64,000 nt of DNA from an uncultured Bifidobacteriaceae bacterium (GTDB taxonomy: Bacteria; Bacteroidota; Bacteroidia; Chitinophagales; UBA10324). This document shows positions 18,053-28,676 of this stretch, in pieces; position 1 is the first letter of the stretch; each line of letters begins with the position of its first letter. Position numbers and translations under genes: made by a program. A model generated the notes under the pieces. The model searched no databases, was not told where the DNA came from, and worked only from the letters and a program-made list of their open reading frames with translations. The stretch spans positions 752 through 64,751 of the forward strand of contig CAZGBP010000001.1 of the NCBI GenBank assembly GCA_964524035.1. The letters run 5' to 3'.

Positions 18053-19555
18053 TCAGTCCTCCATTCTTTTTTCCGGTTGCTGATACGTTTTACGCGAAAT
18101 GATGATCAAGCCTAGGAAGGTGAGCAAGCCATTCAGCACCAATACTTCAAACCCCAGCTGATATCCATTAAACCAGTAGGTGGAATTGAGATTCACCACA
18201 TAGCAGATAACCGGTGAGATGATACAGATCCATGGTGACCATTTGTCGTGTATCGCTTTGCGGGTAAACATTCCAAAAGCATACAACCCGAGCAAGGGCC
18301 CGTATGTATAACCGGCTATTGTTAAAATGGTGCTGATGACAGAACTGTTATTATTAGCCTGAAAATAAAGAATGCACAACAGGAATATCACAGCAAATGA
18401 AATGTGCACGAGGTAGCGTATGTTGGTCTTCTTTTTTTCATTCCAGTTGTGGCGCTCACGAAAGCCTATAATATCAATACAGAATGCACTGGTTAATGCG
18501 GTTAGTGCACCATCGGCACTGGGATACAATGCCGATATCAATCCTATCAGAAAAATCAGCCCGGCCAATTCACCCAAATGATTCAAAGCAATGGCAGGAA
18601 AGAGCTGATCGGTTTGGGCGGGAATGGGGATACCGCTTTGTTCGGCAAACACAAACAATACGGCGCCAAGTGTAAGAAACAACAGGTTTACGAGTACAAG
18701 GATAAAACTGAAGGTGAACATATTCTTCTGCGCTTCCTTTAAGGTACGGCAACTCAGGTTCTTTTGCATCATCTCCTGGTCAAGCCCCGTCATGGCTATG
18801 GTAATGAACACGCCGCTTAGAAACTGTTTGCCAAAAAAGGTCTTGTCTTTCCAATCGAAGAAGAAAACCTGGGTCATATTCTTTTCACGAATAGCAGCCA
18901 GCATCTCCGAAGGCCCGGTACCTAAATGCTGCATAATAAGGACAACAGAAAGAATGAGCGCCAGCAGCATGCAGGTAGTTTGAATCATGTCGGTCCAGAC
19001 TATTGTTTTAACCCCCCCTTTGAACGTATAGATGAGGATGAGCAGAATGATAAATGCGCCTGTAAATGCAAAAGGTACGCCCATGGCATCCAGCACAAAA
19101 ACCTGCAATACATTCACAACCAGGAATACCCTGATGGAAGCGCCTAATGTTCTGGAAAGAATGAAAAAAGATGAACCGGTCTTGTAGGTTACATTTCCGA
19201 ATCGCTGTTGCAGGTAGGAGTAGATGGATGTAAGATTAAGCCGGTAGTACAGGGGCAGCAGAACCAATGCGATCACAAAATACCCGACCAGGTAACCCAG
19301 TACAATCTGCATATAGGCGAATTGCTTTACACCTACTTCACCCGGAACGCTCATGAATGTGACACCGCTCAATGAAGTGCCTATCATACCATAGGCCACT
19401 ATATACCATTTCGATTTTTTGTTTCCGATAAAGAAAGAATGTGCATCAGCGCCGCGGGAGGTATACCAGGCAATCACGAGAAGCGCCACGAAATAGATGA
19501 AGGTAACCGACAGAATGAGCCCCGCAGACATAAAAAGATATTTTTTGCGCGGCAA
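18053..19555 (-). CDS. Sodium:solute symporter (SSS) family transporter
   Basis: 500 aa with about 13 hydrophobic helices. The N-terminal pattern FFIGNKKSKWYIVAYGMIGTSLSGVTFMSVPG is typical of SSS transporters. Confidence 0.8.
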   Translation of the reverse strand: MPRKKYLFMSAGLILSVTFIYFVALLVIAWYTSRGADAHSFFIGNKKSKWYIVAYGMIGTSLSGVTFMSVPGEVGVKQFAYMQIVLGYLVGYFVIALVLLPLYYRLNLTSIYSYLQQRFGNVTYKTGSSFFILSRTLGASIRVFLVVNVLQVFVLDAMGVPFAFTGAFIILLILIYTFKGGVKTIVWTDMIQTTCMLLALILSVVLIMQHLGTGPSEMLAAIREKNMTQVFFFDWKDKTFFGKQFLSGVFITIAMTGLDQEMMQKNLSCRTLKEAQKNMFTFSFILVLVNLLFLTLGAVLFVFAEQSGIPIPAQTDQLFPAIALNHLGELAGLIFLIGLISALYPSADGALTALTSAFCIDIIGFRERHNWNEKKKTNIRYLVHISFAVIFLLCILYFQANNNSSVISTILTIAGYTYGPLLGLYAFGMFTRKAIHDKWSPWICIISPVICYVVNLNSTYWFNGYQLGFEVLVLNGLLTFLGLIIISRKTYQQPEKRMED

Positions 19556-19616
19556 TTTAGAAAGTAAGTATTACAATACGGCAATTCGACTTGTCAGGGA
19601 GAAAGGTTTATTTTTT

Positions 19617-20549
19617 TTATTGCAGCTCAGGTACCGTCTTACCCGCTTGTTGCTTCAAAAGATTAATCAATGCACTTTCAAGCTTCGGATACCTGAACTC
19701 AAAGCCGGTTGCCAAAATTTTCTCTGCCGAACAACGTATACTCATGGAAAGGGTTTTTACAAAATCACCCAATACCAGCTGAAGCACAGCCATTGGAACC
19801 GGTACATTCATTTTCCGCTTGCCCAGGGTTTCCGCAAGCTGATTCATAAAATCGATGTAACGCACCGGCTCAGGTGCTGTGGCATTATATGCACCGGTCA
19901 AACTTTCATTTTTAATGGCATGAAGGTACATCTGACACAGGTCGTATATATGAATCCACGGATAATACTGCTGTCCGTTTCCGAAAATGGGAGCCATACC
20001 AAAGTGCAAGGGCCTTACCAGCGGCGGAAGGGCACCTCCTTCCTTTGCAAGCACTATACCGGTGCGTAACAGCACCACCCTCTTGTTTAGCCTGCTTATT
20101 TTTCTCACCGAGGCTTCCCATTGTGTGCAGGTTGCACCCAGGAAGTCTGTACCCGGCGCTTCCTCTTCACTCAGCCATTTATCACCTCTTTCACCGTAGT
20201 ACCCGATGGCTGATGAAGAAATAACTGCCTGCACCTTATTTGGGTTTCGTTCCAATGCGGTGTAAATCAAAGCAGCACCTTGCTCCCTGCTCACCCTGAT
20301 TTCCTGTTTATATTTTTTCGTCCAGCGATGGCCGGCAACATTAGCTCCCGCTAAATGAATGATGTAATCGGCACCGGTTATGGCATCAGCGTCCACTTCC
20401 TGCTTTGCTATGTTCCAGTAAAACGTTTTCGGCTGGCCATCGTTTCTGTTCCTGCTTAAACAGTTTACTTCGAATCCTTCCTGCTGCAAAAGTCCGGTTA
20501 AGAATTTCCCAATCAACCCTGTGCCTCCGGTAATGAGTATGGTTTTCAT
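19617..20549 (-). CDS. TIGR01777 (YfcH-like) NAD-dependent epimerase/dehydratase family protein
   Basis: 310 aa. ILITGGTGLIG Rossmann motif and a C-terminal DUF1731-like tail (ATGFEFRYPKLESAL). Confidence 0.85.
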   Translation of the reverse strand: MKTILITGGTGLIGKFLTGLLQQEGFEVNCLSRNRNDGQPKTFYWNIAKQEVDADAITGADYIIHLAGANVAGHRWTKKYKQEIRVSREQGAALIYTALERNPNKVQAVISSSAIGYYGERGDKWLSEEEAPGTDFLGATCTQWEASVRKISRLNKRVVLLRTGIVLAKEGGALPPLVRPLHFGMAPIFGNGQQYYPWIHIYDLCQMYLHAIKNESLTGAYNATAPEPVRYIDFMNQLAETLGKRKMNVPVPMAVLQLVLGDFVKTLSMSIRCSAEKILATGFEFRYPKLESALINLLKQQAGKTVPELQ

Positions 20550-20854
20550 CTACGCTGTTGTTTGTTCAATGTCACAATACAATTGAAAAGCCGGGAAGTT
20601 CGCCATCAGGCTAAAAGTCGGTTACCAATACACGCCTCCTCTTGGCACCCTGCATAGCTTTGACAGGTATAGGCCTGTTTCCCTGCTTCCGTGCAGCCGG
20701 TGTTTAACCAGAACAGCAAAGCTGAAACAATTTTGAGTTTGTTTTTAAGAACGAACCGGACCAGTTCAACGCTGTATGGATAAACGGCACGGCAGAAAGA
20801 TGCATATTATCACGATTAATTTGTAAATTCAGAGTTTAATATCGCTGCGCCGCC

Positions 20855-22708
20855 ATGAAAAGAAACTTCATTGTACTCTTCTTGCTGCCGTTACTTTTTG
20901 CAGCCTGTACGAATAGCAGCCACCGGTTAAATGAAGAGCAGCAGGATAAGAGCAAGGAGGTTTATCTTACTTTCCCCGATGAGGCAAATATGATGGCCGA
21001 TTGGTCGAGAGACAACATCCTGGTGGTTCATACCTTATCTGATGCCGGATACCTGCACCCTACCAATTATACCTTTCAGAATGCACGCCTGATTCTGAGT
21101 CTCACCCATCCGGCACTATTGACGATTGACCAGTTGAAGATGGGGCTGGCGCCTTGTATGGCGAAGGAATTACCTGATGTTGCCGCTGATGAGATGCAGT
21201 TTACCTATTCACTGCTCGATGAAGCAACCTGGGATGATGGCAGCCCGGTAACAGCCGAAGATGTGATCTTCACTTTTAAAGTTGCAAAATTCCCGCTTAC
21301 CGATAATCCGCTGCATAAATCCGTTAGCGTCAATCTGAAAACCATTGTAGCCGACCCTGCCGATCCGAAACGATTCACCATGGTGATGAAAACAAAATAT
21401 GTGCAGGCAGTCAGCATGGTAACAGATTTTCCTTTATTGAGTCGTAGTTTTTTTGATCCTGAGAATGTCTTGGGAAAGTTCACCATTGAACAAATGGATG
21501 AACCGGACTTCAGGCCTGACCAGATACCGGCTCTCAGCACCTGGGCCGCTGATTTCAACAACAGCAAAAATGGAAACGACCCGCAGTATTTCTATGGCTG
21601 CGGTCCATATAAAGTAAGCGGGTGGGAAAGCGGTCAATCGGTTACCCTGGAACGTAAGCCGAACCATTGGACCGGTTTGCTCACAGGCGATAACATCTAT
21701 CTTACTTCGTATCCGGAAAAAATAATATTTAAAGCTGTAAAGGATGAAAATGCGGCGATGCTTGAATTTAAATCGCAGCAGTTCGATGTATCTACCTATC
21801 TCACCAGCAGGGTATTACTGGAGCTGCAGCGCGACAGCAACTTTAACCGCAACTACCACTCTGTTTTTTTGAACAGCTATTCCTTCACCTATATGGCCAT
21901 GAATATGCGCCCCGATGGCATAAAACATAAACGGATTCTGGACGATGTGCGCGTACGGAGAGCCATTGCATTGTTGACACCCGTAGACCGGATTATTGAA
22001 GTTGTTGCATTAGGACGCGCCAGCCGCTGGCCCAGTATGGTTTCTCCATTAAAAAAAGAATTTAATGCTGATTTGAAACTGTTGGAGTATGATGTGGCAG
22101 AGGCTTCGCGGTTATTGTCAGAAGCAGGCTGGACAGATACCGATGGTGATAATATCCGTGATAAGGTAGTAGACGGCGAACGGATTCCGTTGCAACTCGA
22201 GTTACTGAATATGATTCAGGGCAGCATGGCGAAAGACCTGGCAAATATTATAGCCGAAGGTGTTTACCCCGGTGGCATCAAAATAATATTGAAATCGGTA
22301 GAAGGCAGCGTATTGCGCCAGATGAGCGCAGACCATGATTTCGACCTGGTACTTTCCAGTTGGGCAGTTTCATCATTGCCACAGGATTTCAACCAGGTGT
22401 GGTCAACAGATGCCTGGGTAAACAAAGGCAGCAACATTACCGGATTCGGTAATGCCGGGAGTGATGCTTTGATCGATTCCATTGCCATTACCCTCGATGA
22501 ATCGAAACGGATACCCATGATAAAACGTTTGCAAAAAATAATATATGATGAGCAACCTTATGTATTTTTATACAGCCCCGACCGTAAAGTCGTCATTCAC
22601 AAAAGGTTTGGCAACATAATCATGACTGCCGAGCTTCCTTCCTTTATCCCCAACAATCTGGTACTCCTGAATACCGGAGCGGCAAGCATGGCATCCGATA
22701 CGCAGTAA
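20855..22708 (+). CDS. ABC-type substrate-binding protein, family 5 (peptide/nickel type), lipoprotein
   Basis: 617 aa. Lipobox LLFAAC. Overall SBP_bac_5-like pattern (GPYKVSGWESGQSVTLERKPNHW). No permease or ATPase genes lie adjacent. Confidence 0.75.
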   Translation: MKRNFIVLFLLPLLFAACTNSSHRLNEEQQDKSKEVYLTFPDEANMMADWSRDNILVVHTLSDAGYLHPTNYTFQNARLILSLTHPALLTIDQLKMGLAPCMAKELPDVAADEMQFTYSLLDEATWDDGSPVTAEDVIFTFKVAKFPLTDNPLHKSVSVNLKTIVADPADPKRFTMVMKTKYVQAVSMVTDFPLLSRSFFDPENVLGKFTIEQMDEPDFRPDQIPALSTWAADFNNSKNGNDPQYFYGCGPYKVSGWESGQSVTLERKPNHWTGLLTGDNIYLTSYPEKIIFKAVKDENAAMLEFKSQQFDVSTYLTSRVLLELQRDSNFNRNYHSVFLNSYSFTYMAMNMRPDGIKHKRILDDVRVRRAIALLTPVDRIIEVVALGRASRWPSMVSPLKKEFNADLKLLEYDVAEASRLLSEAGWTDTDGDNIRDKVVDGERIPLQLELLNMIQGSMAKDLANIIAEGVYPGGIKIILKSVEGSVLRQMSADHDFDLVLSSWAVSSLPQDFNQVWSTDAWVNKGSNITGFGNAGSDALIDSIAITLDESKRIPMIKRLQKIIYDEQPYVFLYSPDRKVVIHKRFGNIIMTAELPSFIPNNLVLLNTGAASMASDTQ

Positions 22709-22919
22709 TCAGGTTGAAATAGTGCAAGCCCGTTGACTGCAAGCAAAAACATATTTGTATTTCACACCGCGCAGCCGGAAATGAACCACGCATTCATTTT
22801 TGTACACTTTTGGTTTTGAGTGTGAATAACGAAAGCATCTGATTTTCGGCCGTTGCGTTTTATTTTTTGATCTTTAGCCAACCCTTGCACCATCAGTTGC
22901 AGGAATAACACCGCCACGT

Positions 22920-25199
22920 ATGAAACGAATTCTGATTATACTTTTTTCAGTATGCCTTTTTAATCCGCTGCAGGCACAGGAGTACCTTGGGATCATTAAC
23001 AGCAATTACGCCGGAACCCTGGGTACGCAGTTGAATCCGAGTTCATTCGTTGGTTCAAAACTTAGTTTCGACATTAACCTGGCATCCGGAGGCTCATCTT
23101 TCGATAACACATACCTCTATATCCCAAAAGAAGACCTTACGTTTTTTGGTTTCGGGAATATTGTAGACATCGTCAAGAACAAAGAGTTCCTGACAAGATG
23201 GGATCCAAATAATCCGAATGACCCGCAAAGCCTGACATTTTCAGCTGAAGCAATAGGCCCCTCTTTCATGATCAATTTTGCAGAGCGCCACAGCATCGGG
23301 TTCAGTATCGGCGCAAAAACATTCATGACCACCTACAATGTGCCGGCTCATGTGGCGGAAAATGCATACCAGTTCCTGGAGGATGAATCGCTATACAATA
23401 CGTTATGGACAACAGACAACATGCAGATGGACATTCTCTCCTGGGCGGAATACGGACTCAACTACGGGCTTATCCTGTTTCAGAATAAAGATCACCTTTT
23501 TAAAGGCGGCATTAACCTGAAGGTAGTAGATGGTTTTGCCGCGGGTTATGTTAAGAATGCCGATGTAACCTATAACATCGTGAGTTCCGACACTATTCTC
23601 TTCGGGCCCACTTCCCTGGATTATGGACGTACTGATTTTAACTCGTATGATCCGGTTGAAAATTATAAGGATCTCAAGCATGGTGGCGGTTTTGGCTGGG
23701 ACCTGGGCTTTACCTACGAGTTACTTCGCGATTCTGCCGAATGGACGTATCAAATGGATCAGCACTGGTGGGCGGACCCCGATAAAAACAAGTACAAACT
23801 TCGGATTGGCGCATCGCTGATTGATATGGGAACCCTCAAGTTCAACGACTCATCCGGCACCTATCACCTGGAAACAAATGATGCCGCCTACCCTTCCTGG
23901 AACGGAGAACACTATGAGGGCAATGAAGATTTTGACCGCACACTGAGCTACATTTTTTACGGCGACTCAAGCGCTTCCTTTGTGGATGATAATTTCAAAA
24001 TGTCGTTGCCGGGTGCATTCAGCCTGCAGGTTGACTGGAACGCATATAAGAATTTTTTTATTAATGCCACCATCATACAAGGCTTTAATCGTTCAAGTGA
24101 GCAGGGTATCGTAAGGCCGGATATCTATGCGCTTACTCCGCGTTATGAACATAAATGGTTTGAAGTGGCGGTGCCCATGTCCATTGAATACTACGGACAT
24201 ACCAAAGCCCGTATTGGGCTTGCCTTGCGGGCCGGGCCCGTATTTGTTGGCACTGATGAAATCGGTTCGCTGCTTGCTATTAACGATATGGAAGGAGCTG
24301 ATATCTATGGCGGAATAAAGATTAATATTCCCGGAAGAAAACTGAAAGATGTTGATGCCGATATGGTTTCCGATAGCAAGGATCGTTGCATAGAAGTGCC
24401 CGGCTCCGTAAGCCTGCAGGGTTGCCCAGACCGGGACCGTGATGGCATTGAAGATGTGAAGGATATGTGCCCCGATGCAGCCGGCGTTGCTACGCTCAAT
24501 GGTTGTCCGGATGCCGATGCCGATGGTATTGGCGATTCACAGGACCGGTGTCCGGATCAGGCTGGTATTGTTGAATTGAACGGTTGCCCCGATGCGGATA
24601 GTGATGGTATTGCTGATCTGGATGATGAATGCCCTTACGTGGCAGGTAGCCGCCAGTTTTCAGGCTGCCCGGATACCGATGCAGATGGCATAGCCGATAA
24701 AGTGGACTCCTGCATCTACGAACCAGGCCCGGTATCTACCAATGGATGCCCGGATCGTGATGGAGACCTGGTGGCTGATAAACACGACAATTGTCCTGAT
24801 GAGGTTGGTGCAATTGACAACCAGGGCTGTCCGCGCGTGCGGGAAGATGCACTGAACAAATTGAAGCTGAGTTCCAAATCCATCACTTTTGAAACCGGCA
24901 GCGATAAGATCAAAGGAGCTTCCTATGATGTTCTTGATGTAATTGCCGAAATCATGCTGCAATACAGTTATACGAAATGGACCATTGAAGGATACACCGA
25001 TAATACCGGAAGCGCCGCTACCAATCTGGAACTTTCGAAGAAGCGGGCTGCCATGGTGCGGAATTACTTCATCTCGAAAGGAGTCAGTCCTGACAGGCTC
25101 ACTTCAGAAGGTTATGGCATAGCTAAACCGGTAGCAACCAATAGTACTGCAGCCGGCCGTGCAAAAAACAGGAGGGTTGAGATTAATTTGGTGAATTAA
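22920..25199 (+). CDS. OmpA family outer-membrane protein with thrombospondin type 3 repeats
   Basis: 759 aa with a signal peptide. About 8 DxDxDGxxDxxDxCP repeats. C-terminal OmpA-like domain (EGYTDNTGSAATNLELSKKRA...NRRVEINL). Confidence 0.9.
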   Translation: MKRILIILFSVCLFNPLQAQEYLGIINSNYAGTLGTQLNPSSFVGSKLSFDINLASGGSSFDNTYLYIPKEDLTFFGFGNIVDIVKNKEFLTRWDPNNPNDPQSLTFSAEAIGPSFMINFAERHSIGFSIGAKTFMTTYNVPAHVAENAYQFLEDESLYNTLWTTDNMQMDILSWAEYGLNYGLILFQNKDHLFKGGINLKVVDGFAAGYVKNADVTYNIVSSDTILFGPTSLDYGRTDFNSYDPVENYKDLKHGGGFGWDLGFTYELLRDSAEWTYQMDQHWWADPDKNKYKLRIGASLIDMGTLKFNDSSGTYHLETNDAAYPSWNGEHYEGNEDFDRTLSYIFYGDSSASFVDDNFKMSLPGAFSLQVDWNAYKNFFINATIIQGFNRSSEQGIVRPDIYALTPRYEHKWFEVAVPMSIEYYGHTKARIGLALRAGPVFVGTDEIGSLLAINDMEGADIYGGIKINIPGRKLKDVDADMVSDSKDRCIEVPGSVSLQGCPDRDRDGIEDVKDMCPDAAGVATLNGCPDADADGIGDSQDRCPDQAGIVELNGCPDADSDGIADLDDECPYVAGSRQFSGCPDTDADGIADKVDSCIYEPGPVSTNGCPDRDGDLVADKHDNCPDEVGAIDNQGCPRVREDALNKLKLSSKSITFETGSDKIKGASYDVLDVIAEIMLQYSYTKWTIEGYTDNTGSAATNLELSKKRAAMVRNYFISKGVSPDRLTSEGYGIAKPVATNSTAAGRAKNRRVEINLVN

Positions 25200-25220
25200 A
25201 CACCGGTTTGCTGAAAGGAG

Positions 25221-25249
25221 TTGGGCGGCTCAGGGCCGCCCAATTTTTT
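25221..25249 (+). terminator. Rho-independent terminator after the OmpA-family gene
   Basis: Perfect 9-bp stem TTGGGCGGC / GCCGCCCAA with loop TCAGG, followed by TTTTTT. Confidence 0.8.
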
Positions 25250-25298
25250 CAGCTAACCGGGAATGCAACCAATTCGCCCGGACTCATTTATGTGATTG

Positions 25299-26072
25299 CT
25301 AATAACCTTTTCTCAACATATCAGCATATTCGTTTGGTAATGGGCTGTCCTCAATAGCACGGGCAGCTTTTTCTACATCATAGGTGAAGCGGACAAATTC
25401 AACCTGTACGGCATCCTTATTTAAAATACTGCTGTTTGCATTGATAGTTAACAATACATAACAACCATTGGATGTGCCGTCTTTAGGTTTTCCGGTAGCA
25501 CCTATATTGATTGCATGACGGAAAAACGGGGTATTCCTTTTTTCAGTAACCAATATTCTGTGAAAGGGTTTGTGGGTATGCCCGAAACACAGTATGTCTG
25601 CATCGGCATGTTCCATAATCCTGAGCATACTTTTTTCATCGCGGTCTTCAAACAGGTACTCATTTATCTTTCTTGGGCTTCCATGCACGAGCAACAGGTT
25701 GAATGGATCATTGTCTGTTTGAAACACCACCCTGATGTGTGCGGGCAATGTGCTGAGATATGCTCTTTCATCCGCACCAATAATCGAGTTAGTATAGGAA
25801 ATCGATATCTTACCCATCTCCTTTTCCACTTCTGTTTTGTAAGCGCAGCCACATTCATCAGCCGACAGACCGATGCCCTGATCGTAGTTGCCCGCAATAC
25901 AGGGAATACCTCTTTTGCGGATTTCATTGATCACTTCATTGGGCCAAATATTATATCCTACCAAATCACCAAGACAATAAACAGCATCTGCCTTTTTTTC
26001 GTCTATACTCTTTAAACAAGCTTGCAATGCAGGCAGATTGGCGTGGACATCAGAAAATAATGCGATTTTCAT
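25299..26072 (-). CDS. Metallophosphoesterase (YfcE/MJ0936-like), last gene of the ars operon
   Basis: 257 aa. Motifs LFSDVHAN, GDLVGYN, GNYD and GHTH. The start lies 9 nt after the acr3 stop. Confidence 0.85.
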   Translation of the reverse strand: MKIALFSDVHANLPALQACLKSIDEKKADAVYCLGDLVGYNIWPNEVINEIRKRGIPCIAGNYDQGIGLSADECGCAYKTEVEKEMGKISISYTNSIIGADERAYLSTLPAHIRVVFQTDNDPFNLLLVHGSPRKINEYLFEDRDEKSMLRIMEHADADILCFGHTHKPFHRILVTEKRNTPFFRHAINIGATGKPKDGTSNGCYVLLTINANSSILNKDAVQVEFVRFTYDVEKAARAIEDSPLPNEYADMLRKGY

Positions 26073-26081
26073 TTAGACAGG

Positions 26082-27143
26082 TTATTGAATGATGGAAGAT
26101 TTCAAGTAGTATTTATTTCGAAGCCATAAAGCCACATTCACCAGGGTAATCAGTGCCGGTACTTCTACCAAAGGGCCGATGACACCGGCAAATGCCTGCC
26201 CGCTGTTGATACCAAAGACTCCAATGGCCACAGCAATAGCCAGTTCGAAATTGTTTCCTGCCGCTGTAAATGCTATTGATGCATTGGTGGAGTAACCGGC
26301 TCCCATTTTGCGGGCAATAAAAAAACTCGCGATAAACATAACGGCAAAATAGATGACTAGTGGTATAGCAATTCTGATAACATCCATTGGTATCTGCACA
26401 ATCAGTTCACCTTTCAAGCTGAACATAATAACAATAGTAAAGAGCAATGCAATCAACGTAATGGGAGATACCTTCGGGATAAATTTTGTTTGATACCATG
26501 CTTCGCCTTTCCATCGTATCAAAAAATACCTTGTTAAGAACCCTGCTAAAAACGGTATTCCCAAATAAATGGCAACACTTTCTGCAATCTGCCCGATGGT
26601 GATATCTACAACTGAACCGGTGATACCAAACCAGGGTGGCAAAACAGTAATAAAAATAAATGCATAAAGACTGTATAAGAGCAGCTGGAAGATGCTGTTC
26701 ATTGCTACAAGTCCTGCCGCATACTCCCTGCTTCCCTCAGCCAGGTCATTCCATACAATCACCATGGCTATGCAACGGGCAAGACCAATAAGTATTAACC
26801 CCACCATGTATTCAGGGTATCCCTGCAAAAAAATAATTGCCAGGAAGAACATGAGCATGGGACCAATGATCCAATTCAGCAATAATGAGATTGCCAGCAC
26901 CCTCGTGTTTTTGAAAACTTCATTAAGCAGTTCGTATTTCACCTTGGCAAAGGGTGGGTACATCATTAAGATCAGTCCGATTGCTAACGGGATATTGGTA
27001 GTACCGGCAGAAAATGAATTGATAAATCCGGAGGAAGCAGGAAGGAAGTACCCCATTGCCACACCGGCAGCCATTGCGGAGAAAATCCAAAATGTAAGGT
27101 AGCGGTCGATGAATCCCAAACCTTTTCTTGAGTTGTCAGGCAT
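26082..27143 (-). CDS. acr3: ACR3 family arsenite efflux transporter
   Basis: 353 aa and polytopic. Contains the conserved [13 protein letters not shown] region with the ACR3 Cys. Confidence 0.9.
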   Translation of the reverse strand: MPDNSRKGLGFIDRYLTFWIFSAMAAGVAMGYFLPASSGFINSFSAGTTNIPLAIGLILMMYPPFAKVKYELLNEVFKNTRVLAISLLLNWIIGPMLMFFLAIIFLQGYPEYMVGLILIGLARCIAMVIVWNDLAEGSREYAAGLVAMNSIFQLLLYSLYAFIFITVLPPWFGITGSVVDITIGQIAESVAIYLGIPFLAGFLTRYFLIRWKGEAWYQTKFIPKVSPITLIALLFTIVIMFSLKGELIVQIPMDVIRIAIPLVIYFAVMFIASFFIARKMGAGYSTNASIAFTAAGNNFELAIAVAIGVFGINSGQAFAGVIGPLVEVPALITLVNVALWLRNKYYLKSSIIQ

Positions 27144-27218
27144 ATCAATTATTTAACAAAACCGCCGTCACCAGCAGATTAAATAAGATTACTACAAAAA
27201 AAATCCATGGCAAGCCTC

Positions 27219-27533
27219 CTATTGCCGGTTGCCGGAAAAAAAAAGATCAAGTTCCTTTTTTACCTGCGTCCACGTCCTCTCATCAATACAATAGCTAACA
27301 CGGGTGCCTTCCGCACACCCTTTGATAAGGCCGGTTTGCCTCAGTTCCTTTAAATGTTGGGAAATGGTGGCTTGCGCCAATCCGACTTCACGCACCATAT
27401 CACCACAGATGCAATGCTCCGATTTTATCATATGCTGTAAAATGGCAATCCGTGCAGGATGGGCTAATGCTTTGCATAAGGCGGCCAACCTGTTTTGCCT
27501 GGCAGTGAATTTTTCTTTTTTTGTGCTTCCCAT
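27219..27533 (-). CDS. arsR: ArsR/SmtB family metalloregulator
   Basis: 104 aa. HTH region LAHPARIAILQHM and a CxC metalloid site in SEHCICGDMV (equivalent to ELCVCDL). Confidence 0.9.
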   Translation of the reverse strand: MGSTKKEKFTARQNRLAALCKALAHPARIAILQHMIKSEHCICGDMVREVGLAQATISQHLKELRQTGLIKGCAEGTRVSYCIDERTWTQVKKELDLFFSGNRQ

Positions 27534-27536
27534 TTC

Positions 27537-27552
27537 ATCGCAATATTACGAT
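27537..27552. promoter_or_regulatory. Candidate ArsR operator palindrome
   Basis: ATCGCAATATTACGAT pairs at 7 of 8 positions and starts 4 nt upstream of the arsR start codon. Confidence 0.3.
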
Positions 27553-27791
27553 ATATAGACGACCGGGCAAATTTTATTCTGTTGTTAAACCACTTTTCGG
27601 CGGGTGCGTATGCCGGAAGAGGGCGGAATACAACCCCGCACGGATGATAATGGTTGCCTGTAGCAATAACGTTCAGACAATACCTGCTTTAATTCTCCTG
27701 CCAGTGCTGAAAAAAAATAGGCAACCCGGTTTATGGAATTCAATCAACCAACTGCATCTATGGTTGGTAATTGATTGAAATTCCTCAGCCG

Positions 27792-28676
27792 ATGCAAACG
27801 ATTGCGCTTCGCCTTACAGCAAATTACCAAGCCATAGCTGCCAGCATTCACCACAGCCTTCAATGGTTTATGCGTGATGCCCGTCACTACCAGATGCTGT
27901 TCCTGACCACGTTCCTTACTTATGGCACCGTCTTTCTGAAATGGGAAATGGATCCCGTTAGTATGGCTGCAGCTTTTGCCGGTTGTTTAATCACCCAGTA
28001 TTTGTTTATAGCACTGGGCATGAATGACCTGCATTCATTAAAGAGTGCGATGATCTCCGCTCTCAGCCTGTGCCTGCTGCTCAAGACCAACGATCCGGCA
28101 GTCATGCTGCTGGCCGCCACCTTGAGTATCTCTGGAAAATTCCTGCTCAGGTGGCGTCATCCTGCTATAGGCAGCAGAGCCGGAGGCTGGAAGCATTTTT
28201 TTAATCCAACCAATTTTGGGATAGTAACGAGTATCGCCATCACCGGAAATGCATGGATCTCTCCGGGCCAGTGGGGCAGCGATGGCCTGCTCCTGTTTGG
28301 TATCGGATTGCTTGGGCTGTTTGTATTGTTGAAAGTAAAGCGACTGGATATTGCCATAACATTCTTTGCAGTGTTTTGCCTGTTAACGTTTATCAGGAAT
28401 ATAGCCGTATTAGGGTGGTCGGCTGATGTGTTCTTTCACCAGTTCACCAGTGGCACCCTGCTCTTGTTTACCTTTTTTATGATCACCGATCCCGTATCAA
28501 CGCCCTCTCATCGCGTAGCGCGCATCTGCTGGGCTGTTCTGGTCGCCTTCCTCGCATTCTACCTGGCTACCTATGAGTTCATCAACGGTGCTCCTATATG
28601 GGCCTTATTCTTTCTTTCTCCGCTTTCTGTGCTTTTCGATAAATTATTTCTTCACGCTAAATTTTCATGGATATGA
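27792..28676 (+). CDS. RnfD/NqrB-like integral membrane protein (short form)
   Basis: First ATG at 27792; the track uses TTG at 27771. HFFNPTNFGIV and FFMITDPVSTPSH resemble the two conserved NQR2/RnfD motifs. I saw no SGAT flavinylation motif. Confidence 0.6.
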   Translation: MQTIALRLTANYQAIAASIHHSLQWFMRDARHYQMLFLTTFLTYGTVFLKWEMDPVSMAAAFAGCLITQYLFIALGMNDLHSLKSAMISALSLCLLLKTNDPAVMLLAATLSISGKFLLRWRHPAIGSRAGGWKHFFNPTNFGIVTSIAITGNAWISPGQWGSDGLLLFGIGLLGLFVLLKVKRLDIAITFFAVFCLLTFIRNIAVLGWSADVFFHQFTSGTLLLFTFFMITDPVSTPSHRVARICWAVLVAFLAFYLATYEFINGAPIWALFFLSPLSVLFDKLFLHAKFSWI

